Positions 1 through 11,200 of a DNA stretch of 64,000 nt are shown here, in pieces. The stretch lies in contig CBDCJH010000002.1 of NCBI GenBank assembly GCA_965217775.1, positions 2,080,001-2,144,000 on the forward strand, read 5' to 3'. Below the pieces are notes generated by a model. That model worked only from the letters and a program-made list of their open reading frames with translations. It ran no database searches and was not told where the DNA came from. How positions within the stretch are numbered: position 1 is the first letter of the stretch; each line of letters starts with the position of its first letter. This DNA is from Acidobacteriota bacterium. Its GTDB lineage: Bacteria > Acidobacteriota > UBA6911 > RPQK01 > JAJDTT01. The translations under genes were made by a program, and so were the position numbers.

Positions 1-3000
1 GGTCCGGACCCATATGGGGGTGGCGGCCGACACGGGGCAGAAGGTGGACGGCATCAAACCCAAGCTCGCGACCACCGACGGCGCCGTTGCGAACGCAACC
101 GTACTGACGCTTGCCTACAGCGAGCCACTGGATGGGTCTTCGGTGCCCGGCAACGACGCCTTCTCGGTGACGGGAGGCAATGAGACGCGAACGGTCACCG
201 GGGTCCAGGTGAGCGGGAGCGCAGTGGAGCTGACCCTGAGTCCAGCGGTAGAGCACGGGGAGACAGGGATCCGGGTGAGCTACACCATTCCGACGGGGAC
301 GGGCGCGAACCCGATTCAGGACAGGGCAGGCAACGACGTGGATCGCCTGAACAACCGGTCGGTCACCAATCAAACGGGAGACACGACGGGCCCGACGGTC
401 GAGATGGTGAGGATCACCTCCAATGCGGGATCGGATGGGACCTACACGGTGGATGATCTCATCGAGGTGACGGTGACGTTCAACGAGACGGTGGTGGTGA
501 CGCGAACCCCGCGGTTGACGTTGAACGTCGGCGGGCAGAATCGAACGGCGGAGTATCTGAGCCTCACGGGAGCCGCCGTCAAGTTCGAGTACCGGATCGC
601 CCGGGGCGACAACGACCGGGACGGCGTGAGTATCGACGCAGACAGCTTGTCCCGCGGTGGAGGAACGATCCGCGACGGAGCGCGGAATGACGCCACCTTG
701 ACCCACGCGGGGGTGGCGGCCGATTCACGGCACCAGGTGGACGGGGTGGCGCCGGTGCTGGCCACGACCGACGGGGCGGTGGTGAACGGAACGAGGCTGA
801 CGCTGGCCTACAGCGAGCCCCTGAGGTCGTCCTCGCGGCCGGCGGCGAGCGCCTTTACCGTGACGGGAGGGAATGAGGCACGGACGGTCACCCGAGTCCA
901 GGTGAGCGGAAACGCGGTCTTGCTGACGTTGAACCCGGCCGTCACGGACGGGGAGAGCGGCCTCCGGTTGAGCTACCAGCCGGGGGGGAATCCGATCGAG
1001 GACGTGGTGGGGAACGCCGCGGACGGGCTGAACAACCGAACGGTCACCAACCGCACGGGAGACACGACGGGGCCAACAGTGGAGACGGTGAGGATCACCT
1101 CGAACGCAGGGTCGGATCAGACCTATGCGGCCGGCGAGACCATCGAAGTGACGGTGACCTTCAGCGAGACGGTGGTGGTGACGGGGACGCCGCGGCTGAC
1201 GTTGAACGTGGGGGGCCGGAGCCGGAGGGCGAACTATCGGGACGTCACGGGGGCGGCCGTGAGATTCGAATACCAGGTGGTTTCGGGCGACAGCGCCGCC
1301 TACGGGGTGAGCATCGAGGCGAACCGCCTGTCGGGCGGCACGATCCGCGACGGCGCCCGGAACAACGCCGTGCTGAACCACGCGCCGGTGGAGGCCGAGT
1401 CCCGGCACCGGGTGGATGGAATCAAGCCGGTGCTGGCGACGACCGATGGGGCGGTCGTGAACGGGACGACGCTGACGCTGGCCTACGGCGAGCCGTTGGA
1501 TTCCTCTTCGGTGCCGGCGACGGACGACTTCACCATGACAGGCGGGAGTGAAACCCGGACGGTCACCGGCGTCCGGGTCAGCGGAAACGCGGTGTTCCTG
1601 ACCCTGAGCTCGGCCGTCGCGGATGGAGAGAGCCGCCTCCGGGTGAACTACGAGCCCAGGTCGAATCCGATTCAGGACACCGCGGGGAACGACGCGGACC
1701 GGTTGAGCAACAGGAGCGTCACGAACAAGACGGCAGACACGACGGGACCGGCCGTGTCGACGGTTCGGATCACCTCGAGTGCAGGGTCGGACCGGACCTA
1801 CGGCGTGGACGAGACCATCGAGGTGACGGTGACGTTCAACGAGACGGTGGTGATCACCGGAACGCCGGAACTGACCCTGAACGTGGGCGGCGGGAACCGA
1901 ACGGCGGAGTATCGAAGCGTCTCGAACCAGGCGGTGAAGTTCGCCTACCGGGTGGTCACTGGGGACAACGACGAGGACGGGGTGAGCCTCGAGGCGAACC
2001 GGCTGTCGCGAGCCGGAGGGACGATCCGGGACGGCGCCGGCAATAACGCCATTCTGGACCATACGGCCGTGGCAGCCAGTTCGAGCCACAAGGTGGACGC
2101 GGTCGCCCCGGTCCTGGCGCTGACCGATCCGGTGGTGGTCAACAGGGCGACGCTGACGCTGACCTACAACGAACCGCTCAACACCTCTTCGCGGCCGGCG
2201 AACAGCGACTTCACCGTGGCCGGGGGCAACGAGACGCGCACCGTGACTCGGGTTCAGGTGACCGGGAGCACGGTTCGGCTGACTGTGAGTCCAGCGGCGG
2301 AGCACGGAGAGACGGGCATCCGCGTGACCTATGAACCCCGATCGAATCCGATCCAGGACCGGGTGGGCAACGATGCCGAGGGGTTCCGGGACCAGTTCGT
2401 AGACAACCGGACCCCGGACACGACGGCGCCGTCGATCGAAGGGATCGAGATCAGTTCCGATCCGGGAACCGACGAGACGTACGCGATTGGAGACATGATC
2501 TTGGTAACGGTGCGCTACGACGAGACGGTGACGGTGGACACGGTGCGGGGGACACCGACGCTGGATCTTCTTGTGGGAAACCGGAGAAAGCGGGCCAGCG
2601 CCGGCACGGGTCCCGCACGGGCAGTCGTGGTGTTTGTCTACACGGTGGAGGAGGGGGACGAGGACGAGGATGGAGTAAGCGTGCCCCGGGGGAGTATCGC
2701 GCTCAACGGAGGGAAGATCCTGGATCTGTCAAACAATGCGGCGGTGCGTAGCTATGAGGCAGTGGAAGCGCAAGCGGACCACAAGGTGGATGGGGCGGAA
2801 CCGGAGCTGGAAGACGTTACGGTGCATGGCTCGCGGGTGGCGCTGAACTACGACGAACCGTTGGACGAGGGCTCGGTGCCGTCGAGATTCGACTTCGCGG
2901 TGACGGTGGACGGGAACGATCGAACGGTCTCCCAGGTCCAAGTCAGGGGCAACAGCGTCATCTTGACGTTGGCCTCAGCCGTGGCAACGGGTGACACGGT

Positions 3001-5242
3001 GAGGGTGGACTATACGCCGGGATTCAACCCGATCCAGGACGAGGTGGGGAACGGGACCGAGATGTTGACCAATGAAGAAGCCGACCCACCGCTGGTGACC
3101 ATCGAAGCGAGGGAGGGGTCGGAGACGGTGGCGGAAGGCGACACGGTGGAGTTCACGCTGACGCGGGGGCCGCCCACGGAAGCGTCGTTGACCGTGAACG
3201 TGGAGGTCACCGAACGGGGATCGGTGATCGACACGTCGGGCGGCGATCCGCCGGACGAGGTGGTGTTCCCGGCCCGGCTGGAGACGGCGACACTGTCGGT
3301 GCGGACCGACGATGACGATGTGGCCGAGTCCGCCGGAAGGGTCACCGCCCGGCTGCGGCCGAGAGCCGAGTACCGGCTGGGCCCGACTTCGACCCGGAGC
3401 GCCCGGGTGACGGTCCAGGACAACGAAGTCTCGGCCCCGCCCCCACCACCTCCTCCTCCCCCTCCGCCACCACCGCCGCCACCGCCTCCTCCTCCGCCAC
3501 CGCCACCGCCGCCACCGCCTCCGGCTGCGACTGTGCCCACGGCACCGTTGAACCTGCAGGCAGAAGCCGGGGACGGTGAAGTGACGCTGACCTGGAAGGC
3601 CCCCGAGAGCGACGGCCGCTCTGCCCTCACCGGCTACCAGGTCCGAATCGACCGGGCCGGGGACTGGACCTCCATCGGTTCCACGGACCTGACCCATACC
3701 GTCGCCGGACTGACCAACGGCCGGACCTACGTCTTCGAGGTGCGGGCCGTGAACGAAGTCGGCCAGAGTCCCCCGTCCGACGCAGTCGAGTCCACGCCCA
3801 TGGCCGAGGAGGTGATCCTGGAGTTTGCCCATTTCGGCAACGGGGTTTCGGACAACGACGTGCTCATCACCTCCGACCTGGTGCTGGTGAACGTGGCCGA
3901 AGAAGAGATCCGTCCCGTCATCTATTTCTTCGACGGGGAGGGAAATCTGTTTGAGGCCGAGTCCGTGGTGGATGTCGGAGACGATCTGGAGATCCGGGAG
4001 GACGGAGGGCTGTCGCCCCGGACGGAGATCGCGTCGCTGGGCGAGCTGACGATCTCGACCCACGGCCGGGGCGAAGTCGTGACGGGATCGGTCCGGGTGG
4101 TTTCGGACGGACCCATCGGCGGGGTCGTGCGCTTCGACATCCCCGGAATCGGCGTCGCCGGCGTGGGCGCCAGCGAACCCACGGCGGACGCCCTGTTCCC
4201 GGCCCGGCGGCAGGCCGGCGGGATCCGCACCGCGGCGGCCATCCACAACCTGGGGATGGAGGCCGTCGACGTCCAGTGCCGGTTGCTGAAGGACGGCAGT
4301 GTGCTGGAAGAGGGGGAGATCCCGTTGAGCGCCAACGGCCAGGCCTCCAAGTTCATCGAGGAACTGTTCACCGCGACCGACACCACGGACTTCGTGGGGT
4401 CGGTCCGTTGTACGGTCCCGCACGGTGAACTGTTCACGGGAGTGGCGGTGGAACTGGATGCGGGCAACCGGATCTTCACCACCCTGCCAGTGGTGCCGAT
4501 CGGCCCGGAGGCTGCCGAAGATCAGGAAACGACCCTGACCTTCGCGCATTTCGCGAATGGAACTTCCGGCGACGGGACCTTGATCACCTCGGACCTGGTG
4601 CTGGTGAACGTGGCGGCGTCAACGGTTCGTCCCGCCGTCTACTTTTACGATCAGCGTGGGGAACTGCTGGAGCCGGAATCGATGGTGGAGGTCGAAGACC
4701 ATCTTCTCGTCCGAGAGGACGGAGGCTTGACCCTGCAAACGGCCATGGCCCGTCTGGGCGAGTTGACGATCTCGACCCACGGCCGGGGAGAGGTGGTGAC
4801 CGGATCGGTGCGGGTGGTGGCGAACGGACCCGTCGGCGGCGTCCTGCGCTTCGACATCCCGGGCGTCGGCGTGGCCGGCGTGGGCGCGAGTCAACCCACG
4901 TCGGACGCGCTGTTTCCGGCCCGGAGGCAAACGAGCGGGATCCGCACGGCGGCGTCCATCCGGAACCTGGAAGCGGAGCGGGCGACGGTTCGCTGCGGGT
5001 TGATGAGCGGGGGCGAGGAGTTGGAAGAAGTGGACATCCCTCTCAACGGCCATGGACAGTATGCTCGCTTCATCGAAGAGGTGTTCACCAGGACGGATAC
5101 GGCCGGCTTCGTGGGATCGGTACGATGCACGGCTCTTGGGGAAGGGACGTTCACCGGAGTGGCGGTGGAACTGGACACCGGCAACCGGATCTTCACCACC
5201 CTGCCGGTCGTGCCCATCCAAACCACAGTCCCTCAGCAGTAA
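1..5242 (+). CDS. Giant secreted/surface repeat protein, 5'-truncated by the window edge (SwmB-like and Ig-like repeats, poly-Pro linker, FN3, two copies of a C-terminal domain)
   Basis: ORF of at least 1742 aa. Alternating GAVVNGTTLTLAYxEPLD and VRITSxAGSDxTY units, 29 Pro at 3437-3523, FN3-like PTAPLNL..W..Y.FEVRAVN, two FAHFxNG...IFTTLPVVP domains. Collinear with 9546-14777. Confidence 0.85.
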   Translation, partial: VRTHMGVAADTGQKVDGIKPKLATTDGAVANATVLTLAYSEPLDGSSVPGNDAFSVTGGNETRTVTGVQVSGSAVELTLSPAVEHGETGIRVSYTIPTGTGANPIQDRAGNDVDRLNNRSVTNQTGDTTGPTVEMVRITSNAGSDGTYTVDDLIEVTVTFNETVVVTRTPRLTLNVGGQNRTAEYLSLTGAAVKFEYRIARGDNDRDGVSIDADSLSRGGGTIRDGARNDATLTHAGVAADSRHQVDGVAPVLATTDGAVVNGTRLTLAYSEPLRSSSRPAASAFTVTGGNEARTVTRVQVSGNAVLLTLNPAVTDGESGLRLSYQPGGNPIEDVVGNAADGLNNRTVTNRTGDTTGPTVETVRITSNAGSDQTYAAGETIEVTVTFSETVVVTGTPRLTLNVGGRSRRANYRDVTGAAVRFEYQVVSGDSAAYGVSIEANRLSGGTIRDGARNNAVLNHAPVEAESRHRVDGIKPVLATTDGAVVNGTTLTLAYGEPLDSSSVPATDDFTMTGGSETRTVTGVRVSGNAVFLTLSSAVADGESRLRVNYEPRSNPIQDTAGNDADRLSNRSVTNKTADTTGPAVSTVRITSSAGSDRTYGVDETIEVTVTFNETVVITGTPELTLNVGGGNRTAEYRSVSNQAVKFAYRVVTGDNDEDGVSLEANRLSRAGGTIRDGAGNNAILDHTAVAASSSHKVDAVAPVLALTDPVVVNRATLTLTYNEPLNTSSRPANSDFTVAGGNETRTVTRVQVTGSTVRLTVSPAAEHGETGIRVTYEPRSNPIQDRVGNDAEGFRDQFVDNRTPDTTAPSIEGIEISSDPGTDETYAIGDMILVTVRYDETVTVDTVRGTPTLDLLVGNRRKRASAGTGPARAVVVFVYTVEEGDEDEDGVSVPRGSIALNGGKILDLSNNAAVRSYEAVEAQADHKVDGAEPELEDVTVHGSRVALNYDEPLDEGSVPSRFDFAVTVDGNDRTVSQVQVRGNSVILTLASAVATGDTVRVDYTPGFNPIQDEVGNGTEMLTNEEADPPLVTIEAREGSETVAEGDTVEFTLTRGPPTEASLTVNVEVTERGSVIDTSGGDPPDEVVFPARLETATLSVRTDDDDVAESAGRVTARLRPRAEYRLGPTSTRSARVTVQDNEVSAPPPPPPPPPPPPPPPPPPPPPPPPPPPPPAATVPTAPLNLQAEAGDGEVTLTWKAPESDGRSALTGYQVRIDRAGDWTSIGSTDLTHTVAGLTNGRTYVFEVRAVNEVGQSPPSDAVESTPMAEEVILEFAHFGNGVSDNDVLITSDLVLVNVAEEEIRPVIYFFDGEGNLFEAESVVDVGDDLEIREDGGLSPRTEIASLGELTISTHGRGEVVTGSVRVVSDGPIGGVVRFDIPGIGVAGVGASEPTADALFPARRQAGGIRTAAAIHNLGMEAVDVQCRLLKDGSVLEEGEIPLSANGQASKFIEELFTATDTTDFVGSVRCTVPHGELFTGVAVELDAGNRIFTTLPVVPIGPEAAEDQETTLTFAHFANGTSGDGTLITSDLVLVNVAASTVRPAVYFYDQRGELLEPESMVEVEDHLLVREDGGLTLQTAMARLGELTISTHGRGEVVTGSVRVVANGPVGGVLRFDIPGVGVAGVGASQPTSDALFPARRQTSGIRTAASIRNLEAERATVRCGLMSGGEELEEVDIPLNGHGQYARFIEEVFTRTDTAGFVGSVRCTALGEGTFTGVAVELDTGNRIFTTLPVVPIQTTVPQQ

Positions 5243-8200
5243 TTCCAACAGGTCTAGGGGACAGTCTGTTTTTCCGCGTTCGCCTGCAAAGACATTGGCC
5301 GTCGGGCCGGCAGAGAAGGTGGCGCAGTTGCTGGAGACTTATCGGCAACAAGGTCGATATCGACGTCGCCGACACCCCATTCCCCAACTGGGCGGAGTGC
5401 TGTTTTCCCTGCGGGAGCAGCGCTCGAACGCCTTCGTCACGTAGACTCGCCTGATCTCCAACCGTCGATTCTGCCGGTGCGGCCGTCACCACCGCAGCCA
5501 GGACCAGGAATCCGAACGATCTGCTCATGACTGGCCCTCCTGGTTCACCGTGCATGCGGGCCAGTACAGCCCACCGGGGAGCAGCGAGGAAGGGGTCCCG
5601 TTTTCGTGGACGACTCAGATTCGGCGGAAACGCGGGGTGGGCCCCACTCTGCGGCCAACAATCATAGCGGATGGGTGGAATATTCACACAATTGACATCT
5701 GAATGACTCTAACTTTCACTCCATATTCACTCCATAGGACTATACTTATCTCTTGATCGTTCCATAGCTTCTGTTCGCTTCAATACTCACTCATTGGAAG
5801 AAAGAGCTTGACATTGGCTGAACGGTGGCAACGCTTCTGGAGAACCGAGAGCCGGGATCGCGCCTCCTCCCGGCCTGATTCCCACCCTTCTTTCGTCGCG
5901 CCCGCCTGGTCGCGGCAGTCTGAGACTCCCCGCCCGCAAAACCGCTCCTGCAGCTCGGACCCTCGGTCCCGAGGACGCCTCACTCACTCTGCATTGACCT
6001 TCTCCCACCGCCTGGCGGCGGGCCTGCTGGCCGCGTTGGCCCTAACCGCCCCCGCTATTGCCCAGGACGGTGCCGACCCCACGTGTCCAGGCGGGGGTTA
6101 TAACCCGACGCCGACGGAGGTAGCAGTGACGGCGGTGCCCATCGTGGTCGAGTCCACGACGGAGGAGTACTTCGTGCTCTATGTGAAGCACGATGTCGAT
6201 GGCACGGAAGTGGAGATTCCGGTGGCGGTGACGTTGGGTGAAGCGGACACGACCACGCTGGCCGAGAACGTGGAGGCCCTGCCCGCCGAGCGCTACCGGG
6301 TGGAGAAGTACCTTGTGGCCGACCCGGCCGACGTGGACGGCGACTGCATCGACGACCTCACCGAACTGGCAGACCCGGTGGGCCTGAACCCGGTGAACCC
6401 TGCCGCGGCCATCCCACGCACCGACGGGGTCGTCGCCATTCCCGATCTGGCAACATTCGAGGCGATCTCCGTCAGCGGGGACCACCTCAAGTTCGTTCTG
6501 CTCGGCATGAACACCGACAGCCCGCGTCTCTACTTCATGAACACGAGAACCACTATGCTTCATGAAGAGTTCCTGAATGCCGTCGGCATCGAGTCGGGAC
6601 AGGAGGGGATAATCGACGGCAGTCTCACGCATCGCGGGAATCTCGTTGCCCCTGATGGCAGTCCGGGAGTCTACTGCTTTTGGTGGTATCATCGCGAGCA
6701 GCCGTACTCCTTCAGCGTCGTGGCGCGCGCCCATACGCTGCTTGCCGCCAGCATGCCGCTGCTCGAGGACGACTTGGCGTTTTTCATATCGAACGCCGCT
6801 CTTCCGCATTCTCAACCCTTCTTGCCATTGTTCAGGGAGTCCCGAATCCACCTCGTGTTCGACGACGAGTTCTACGGCGAAGCCAGTGTTCTGTTGTTGA
6901 ATCCGGGGGAGGGGTACGGCCGGCTGCGGGTCATGGACCCGGACGAGCGGCCTCACCCGCGCGACATCGTGATCTACGAGGCGCTGCCCAACGAGCTGCC
7001 CCGCGTGGCCGGCATCATCTCCACCGTGCCCCAGACGCCGCTGTCTCATGTCAACCTGCGCGCCGTGCAGAACGGCATCCCCAACGCCTTCATCCGCGAT
7101 GCCCTCGACAGAGACCGTATCGTCGCTCTCCTCGGCAGCTACGTCCGCTACGAGGTGACCGAGAGCCGCTGGTACCTGCGCGCTGCCTCCCCCGAGGAAG
7201 TCGACGCGCACTACGAGTCTTCCCGCCCCGCCCAGGCGCAGACCCCGGAGCGGGACCTCTCGGTCACCGGGATCACGCCCCTCAGCGAGATCGGTTTCGA
7301 GGACTGGAGGGCATTCGGCGTCAAGGCGGCCAACGTGGCGGTGCTGGGGACCCTGGGTTTCCCGGACGGGACCGTGCCCGACGGTTTTGCCGTGCCGTTC
7401 TACTTCTACGACGAGTTCATGAAGGCCAACGGGCTCTATGACGAGATCGAAGAGATGCTGGCCGACCCCGCTTTCCAAACCGACTTCGATGAGCAGGAGG
7501 ACGATCTCAAGGATCTGCGCAAGGATATCAAGGATGCGGAGACGCCGCAGTGGATCACCGACGCGCTGACCGCGATGCATGCGACGTACCCCGAAGGGCA
7601 ATCGCTGCGCTACCGCTCCAGCACCAACAACGAGGACCTGCCCGGGTTCAACGGCGCGGGCCTGTACGACTCCAAGACCCAGAAGCCGGACGAGACCGAG
7701 AAGGACGGCATCGACAAATCGCTCAAGCAGGTGTATGCCAGCCTCTGGAACTTCCGGGCCTTCAGCGAACGGGAGTTCCATCGCATCGACCACCTGACGG
7801 CGGCGATGGGGGTGCTGGTACATCCCAACTACACCGACGAGTTGGCCAACGGCGTGGCTGTCAGCTTCGACCTCCTCTACGGCCGATTGGGGAGCTACTA
7901 CGTCAACACGCAGGTCGGCGAGGACCTGGTCACCAATCCCGAAGCGCACTCGGTACCGGAGGAAATCCTGTTGGACGAGTTCGGTGGTTACTCCGTTCTT
8001 GGCATCTCCAACCAGGTGCCGCCGGGGCAACTGCTGATGAGCGAAGACCAACTGGATCAGTTGCGCCGGCATCTTGAAGTGATCCATGACCACTTCGAGA
8101 CACTGTACAACCCTGCACCCGAGGAACCGTTCGCCATGGAGATCGAGTTCAAGATCACCAGCGCCAACATCCTGGCGATCAAGCAGGCTCGCCCCTGGGT

Positions 8201-11200
8201 CTTCTACACCGATATGGATGAGACCGCGCCGAAGTTCTCTTCCGCGCTGGTGAACGGGGCGACGCTGACGCTGGTCTACAGCGAGCCGCTGGATTCGTCT
8301 TCGGTACCAGGGAACGACGCCTTCACCGTGACCGGAGGCAACCGGACGCGCAGGGTCACCCGAGTCCGGGTGAGCGGGCGCTCGGTGGAGCTGACGCTGG
8401 ATCCGGCGGTGGAGGACGGGGAAACGAACCTCCGAGTAAGCTACGCGGTCCCAACGGGGACGGGAGCGACTCCGATTCAGGACGCGGCGGGCAACGACGC
8501 GGCCGGACTGAGCGCCGAGCCGGTGACGAACGAAACGGCGGACACGACTCCACCGGCCGTGAGCCAGTTGGAGATCACGTCGGACGCGGGATCCGATGCG
8601 ACCTACGCGATCGGGGATGACATCGAGCTGACCGTGACCTTCAGCGAAGACGTCCTGGTGACGGGGAGGCCGCAGTTGACGCTGAGGGTGGGGGACCAGG
8701 ACCGAACGGCGGACTACGAAAGCGTCACCGACGCGGAGGTGCTGTTCCGCTACCGGGTGGTCACCGGTGACATCGACACCAACGGCGTGAGCATTGCGGC
8801 CGACAGCCTGTCGCTGAATGGAGGAACCATCGAGGACGGCTCGAACAACGAGGCCGACCTGGATCATCGCGCGCTGCGAAACCAATCGCGGCACAAGGTG
8901 GAAGGCATCAAACCGGAGTTGGCCGCCACCCGCGGAGCAGTCGTGAACGGAGCGCTGTTGACGCTGACCTATACCGAGACTCTGGACTCGGCGTCAACGC
9001 CGCCGTCCAGCGCCTTCTTCGTGTCGGGGGGCTCTTCGTCGCGAACCGTTTCCGGAGTCGCATTGAGCGGGAGTACGGTGAAACTCACTCTCTCCTCCGC
9101 AGTGGCGCACTGGGAGACGGGGATCCGGGTGAGCTACACGGTCCCGGCCGGGATGGCGGCGGCCCCGATTCAAGACCGGGTCGGCAACAACGCAGACGGA
9201 CTGAGCAGCGAGCCGGTGACGAACGAGACACCGGATCGCATCCCTCCGACGGTCACCTCGGTGGAGATCACTTCGGATCCTCCGGACGGCCGGGACGTCT
9301 ACGGCAGGGGCGAGGAGATCGAGGTCACGGTGACCTTCAGCGAAACCGTCATCGTGTCCGGGACCCCGCGGGTGACGTTGAAGGTGGGGGAGCGGAATCG
9401 ATCGGCGAACTACGAGAGTGTCGCAGGGGCCGTGGTGGCATTTGCCTACACGGTGGCCGTCAATGACAGCGACACCGACGGTGTGAGCATCGAGGCCGGC
9501 AGCCTGTCCGGCGGGACGATCCGGGACACTTCGAGGAACAACGCCGTCCGGACCCACTCTTCGGTGGCGGCCGACACCGGGCAGAAGGTGGACGGAATCA
9601 AACCCGTACTGGCGAGCACCGACGGGGCGGTCGCCAACGGAACGATGTTGACGCTGGCCTACAGTGAGCCTCTGGACTCCTCCTCAGTCCCGGGGAACGA
9701 CGCCTTCTCCGTAACCGGGGGCAGTGAGACGCGGACCGTCACGGGAGTCCGGGTGAGCGGAAGCGCGGTGGAACTGACCCTGACTCCGGCAGTGGAGCAC
9801 GGGGAGACGAGCCTCCGGGTGAGCTACACGATCCCGACCGGAACGGGAGCGACTCCGATCCAGGACACGGCGGGGAACGACGCGGACCGGTTGAGCAACC
9901 GGTCGGTCACCAATCAAACGGGAGACACGACGGGCCCGACGGTCGAGACGGTGAGGATCACCTCCAATGCGGGGTCGGACCGGACCTACGCGGTGGAAGA
10001 TCCCGTCGAGGCGACGGTGACGTTCAACGAGACGGTGGTGGTGACGGGAACCCCGCGGTTGACGTTGAACGTCGGCGGGCAGAATCGAACGGCGGAGTAC
10101 CTGAGCGTCACGGGAGCCGCCGTCAAGTTCGAGTACCGGGTCGCCCGGGGCGACAACGACCGGGACGGCGTGAGTATCGACGCCGACAGCTTGTCCCGCG
10201 GTGGAGGAACGATCCGCGACGGAGCGCGGAATGACGCCACCTTGACCCACGCGGGAGTGGCGGCCGATTCACGGCACCAGGTGGACGGGGTGGCGCCGGT
10301 GCTGGCCACGACGGACGGGGCGGTGGCGAACGGAACGATGCTGACGCTGGCCTACAGTGAGCCCCTGAGGTCGTCCTCGCGGCCGGCGGCGAGCGCCTTC
10401 ACCGTGGGCGGGGGCAGCGAGACTCGGACGGTCACCCGGGTGCAGGTGAGCGGAAGCGCGGTCTTGCTGAGGTTGAACCCGGCCGTGCAGGACACAGAGA
10501 GCGGCCTCCGGTTGAGCTACCAGCCGGGGGGAAACCCCATCGAGGACGTCGTGGGCAACGCCGCGGACGAGCTGAACAACCGACCGGTCACCAACCGCAC
10601 GGGGGACACGACGGGGCCGACAGTGGAGACAGTGCGGATCACCTCGAACGCAGGGTCGGATCAGACCTATGCGGCCGGCGAGACCATCGAAGTGACGGTG
10701 ACCTTCAGCGAGACGGTGGTGGTGACGGGGACGCCGCGGCTGACGTTGAACGTGGGGGGCCGGAGCCGGAGGGCGAACTATCGGGACGTCACGGGGGCCG
10801 CCGTGAGGTTCGAATACCAGGTGGTCTCGGGCGACAGCGCCGCCTACGGGGTAAGCATCGCGGCGAACCGCCTGTCCGGCGGCACGATCCGCGACGGCGC
10901 CCGGAACAACGCCGTGCTGAACCACGCGCCGGTCGCGGCCGAGTCCCGGCACCAGGTGGATGGGATCAAGCCGGTGCTGGCGACGACCGATGGGGCGGTC
11001 GTGAACGGGACGACGCTGACGCTGGCCTACGGCGAGCCTTTGGATACCTCTTCGGTGGCGGCGACGGACGACTTCACCGTGACGGGAGGGAGCGAGACAC
11101 GGACGGTCACGGGAGTTCGGGTGAACGGGAGCGCGGTGTTCCTGACGCTGAGTCCGGCCGTCACGGACGGAGAGAGCCGCCTCCGGGTGAACTACGAGCC

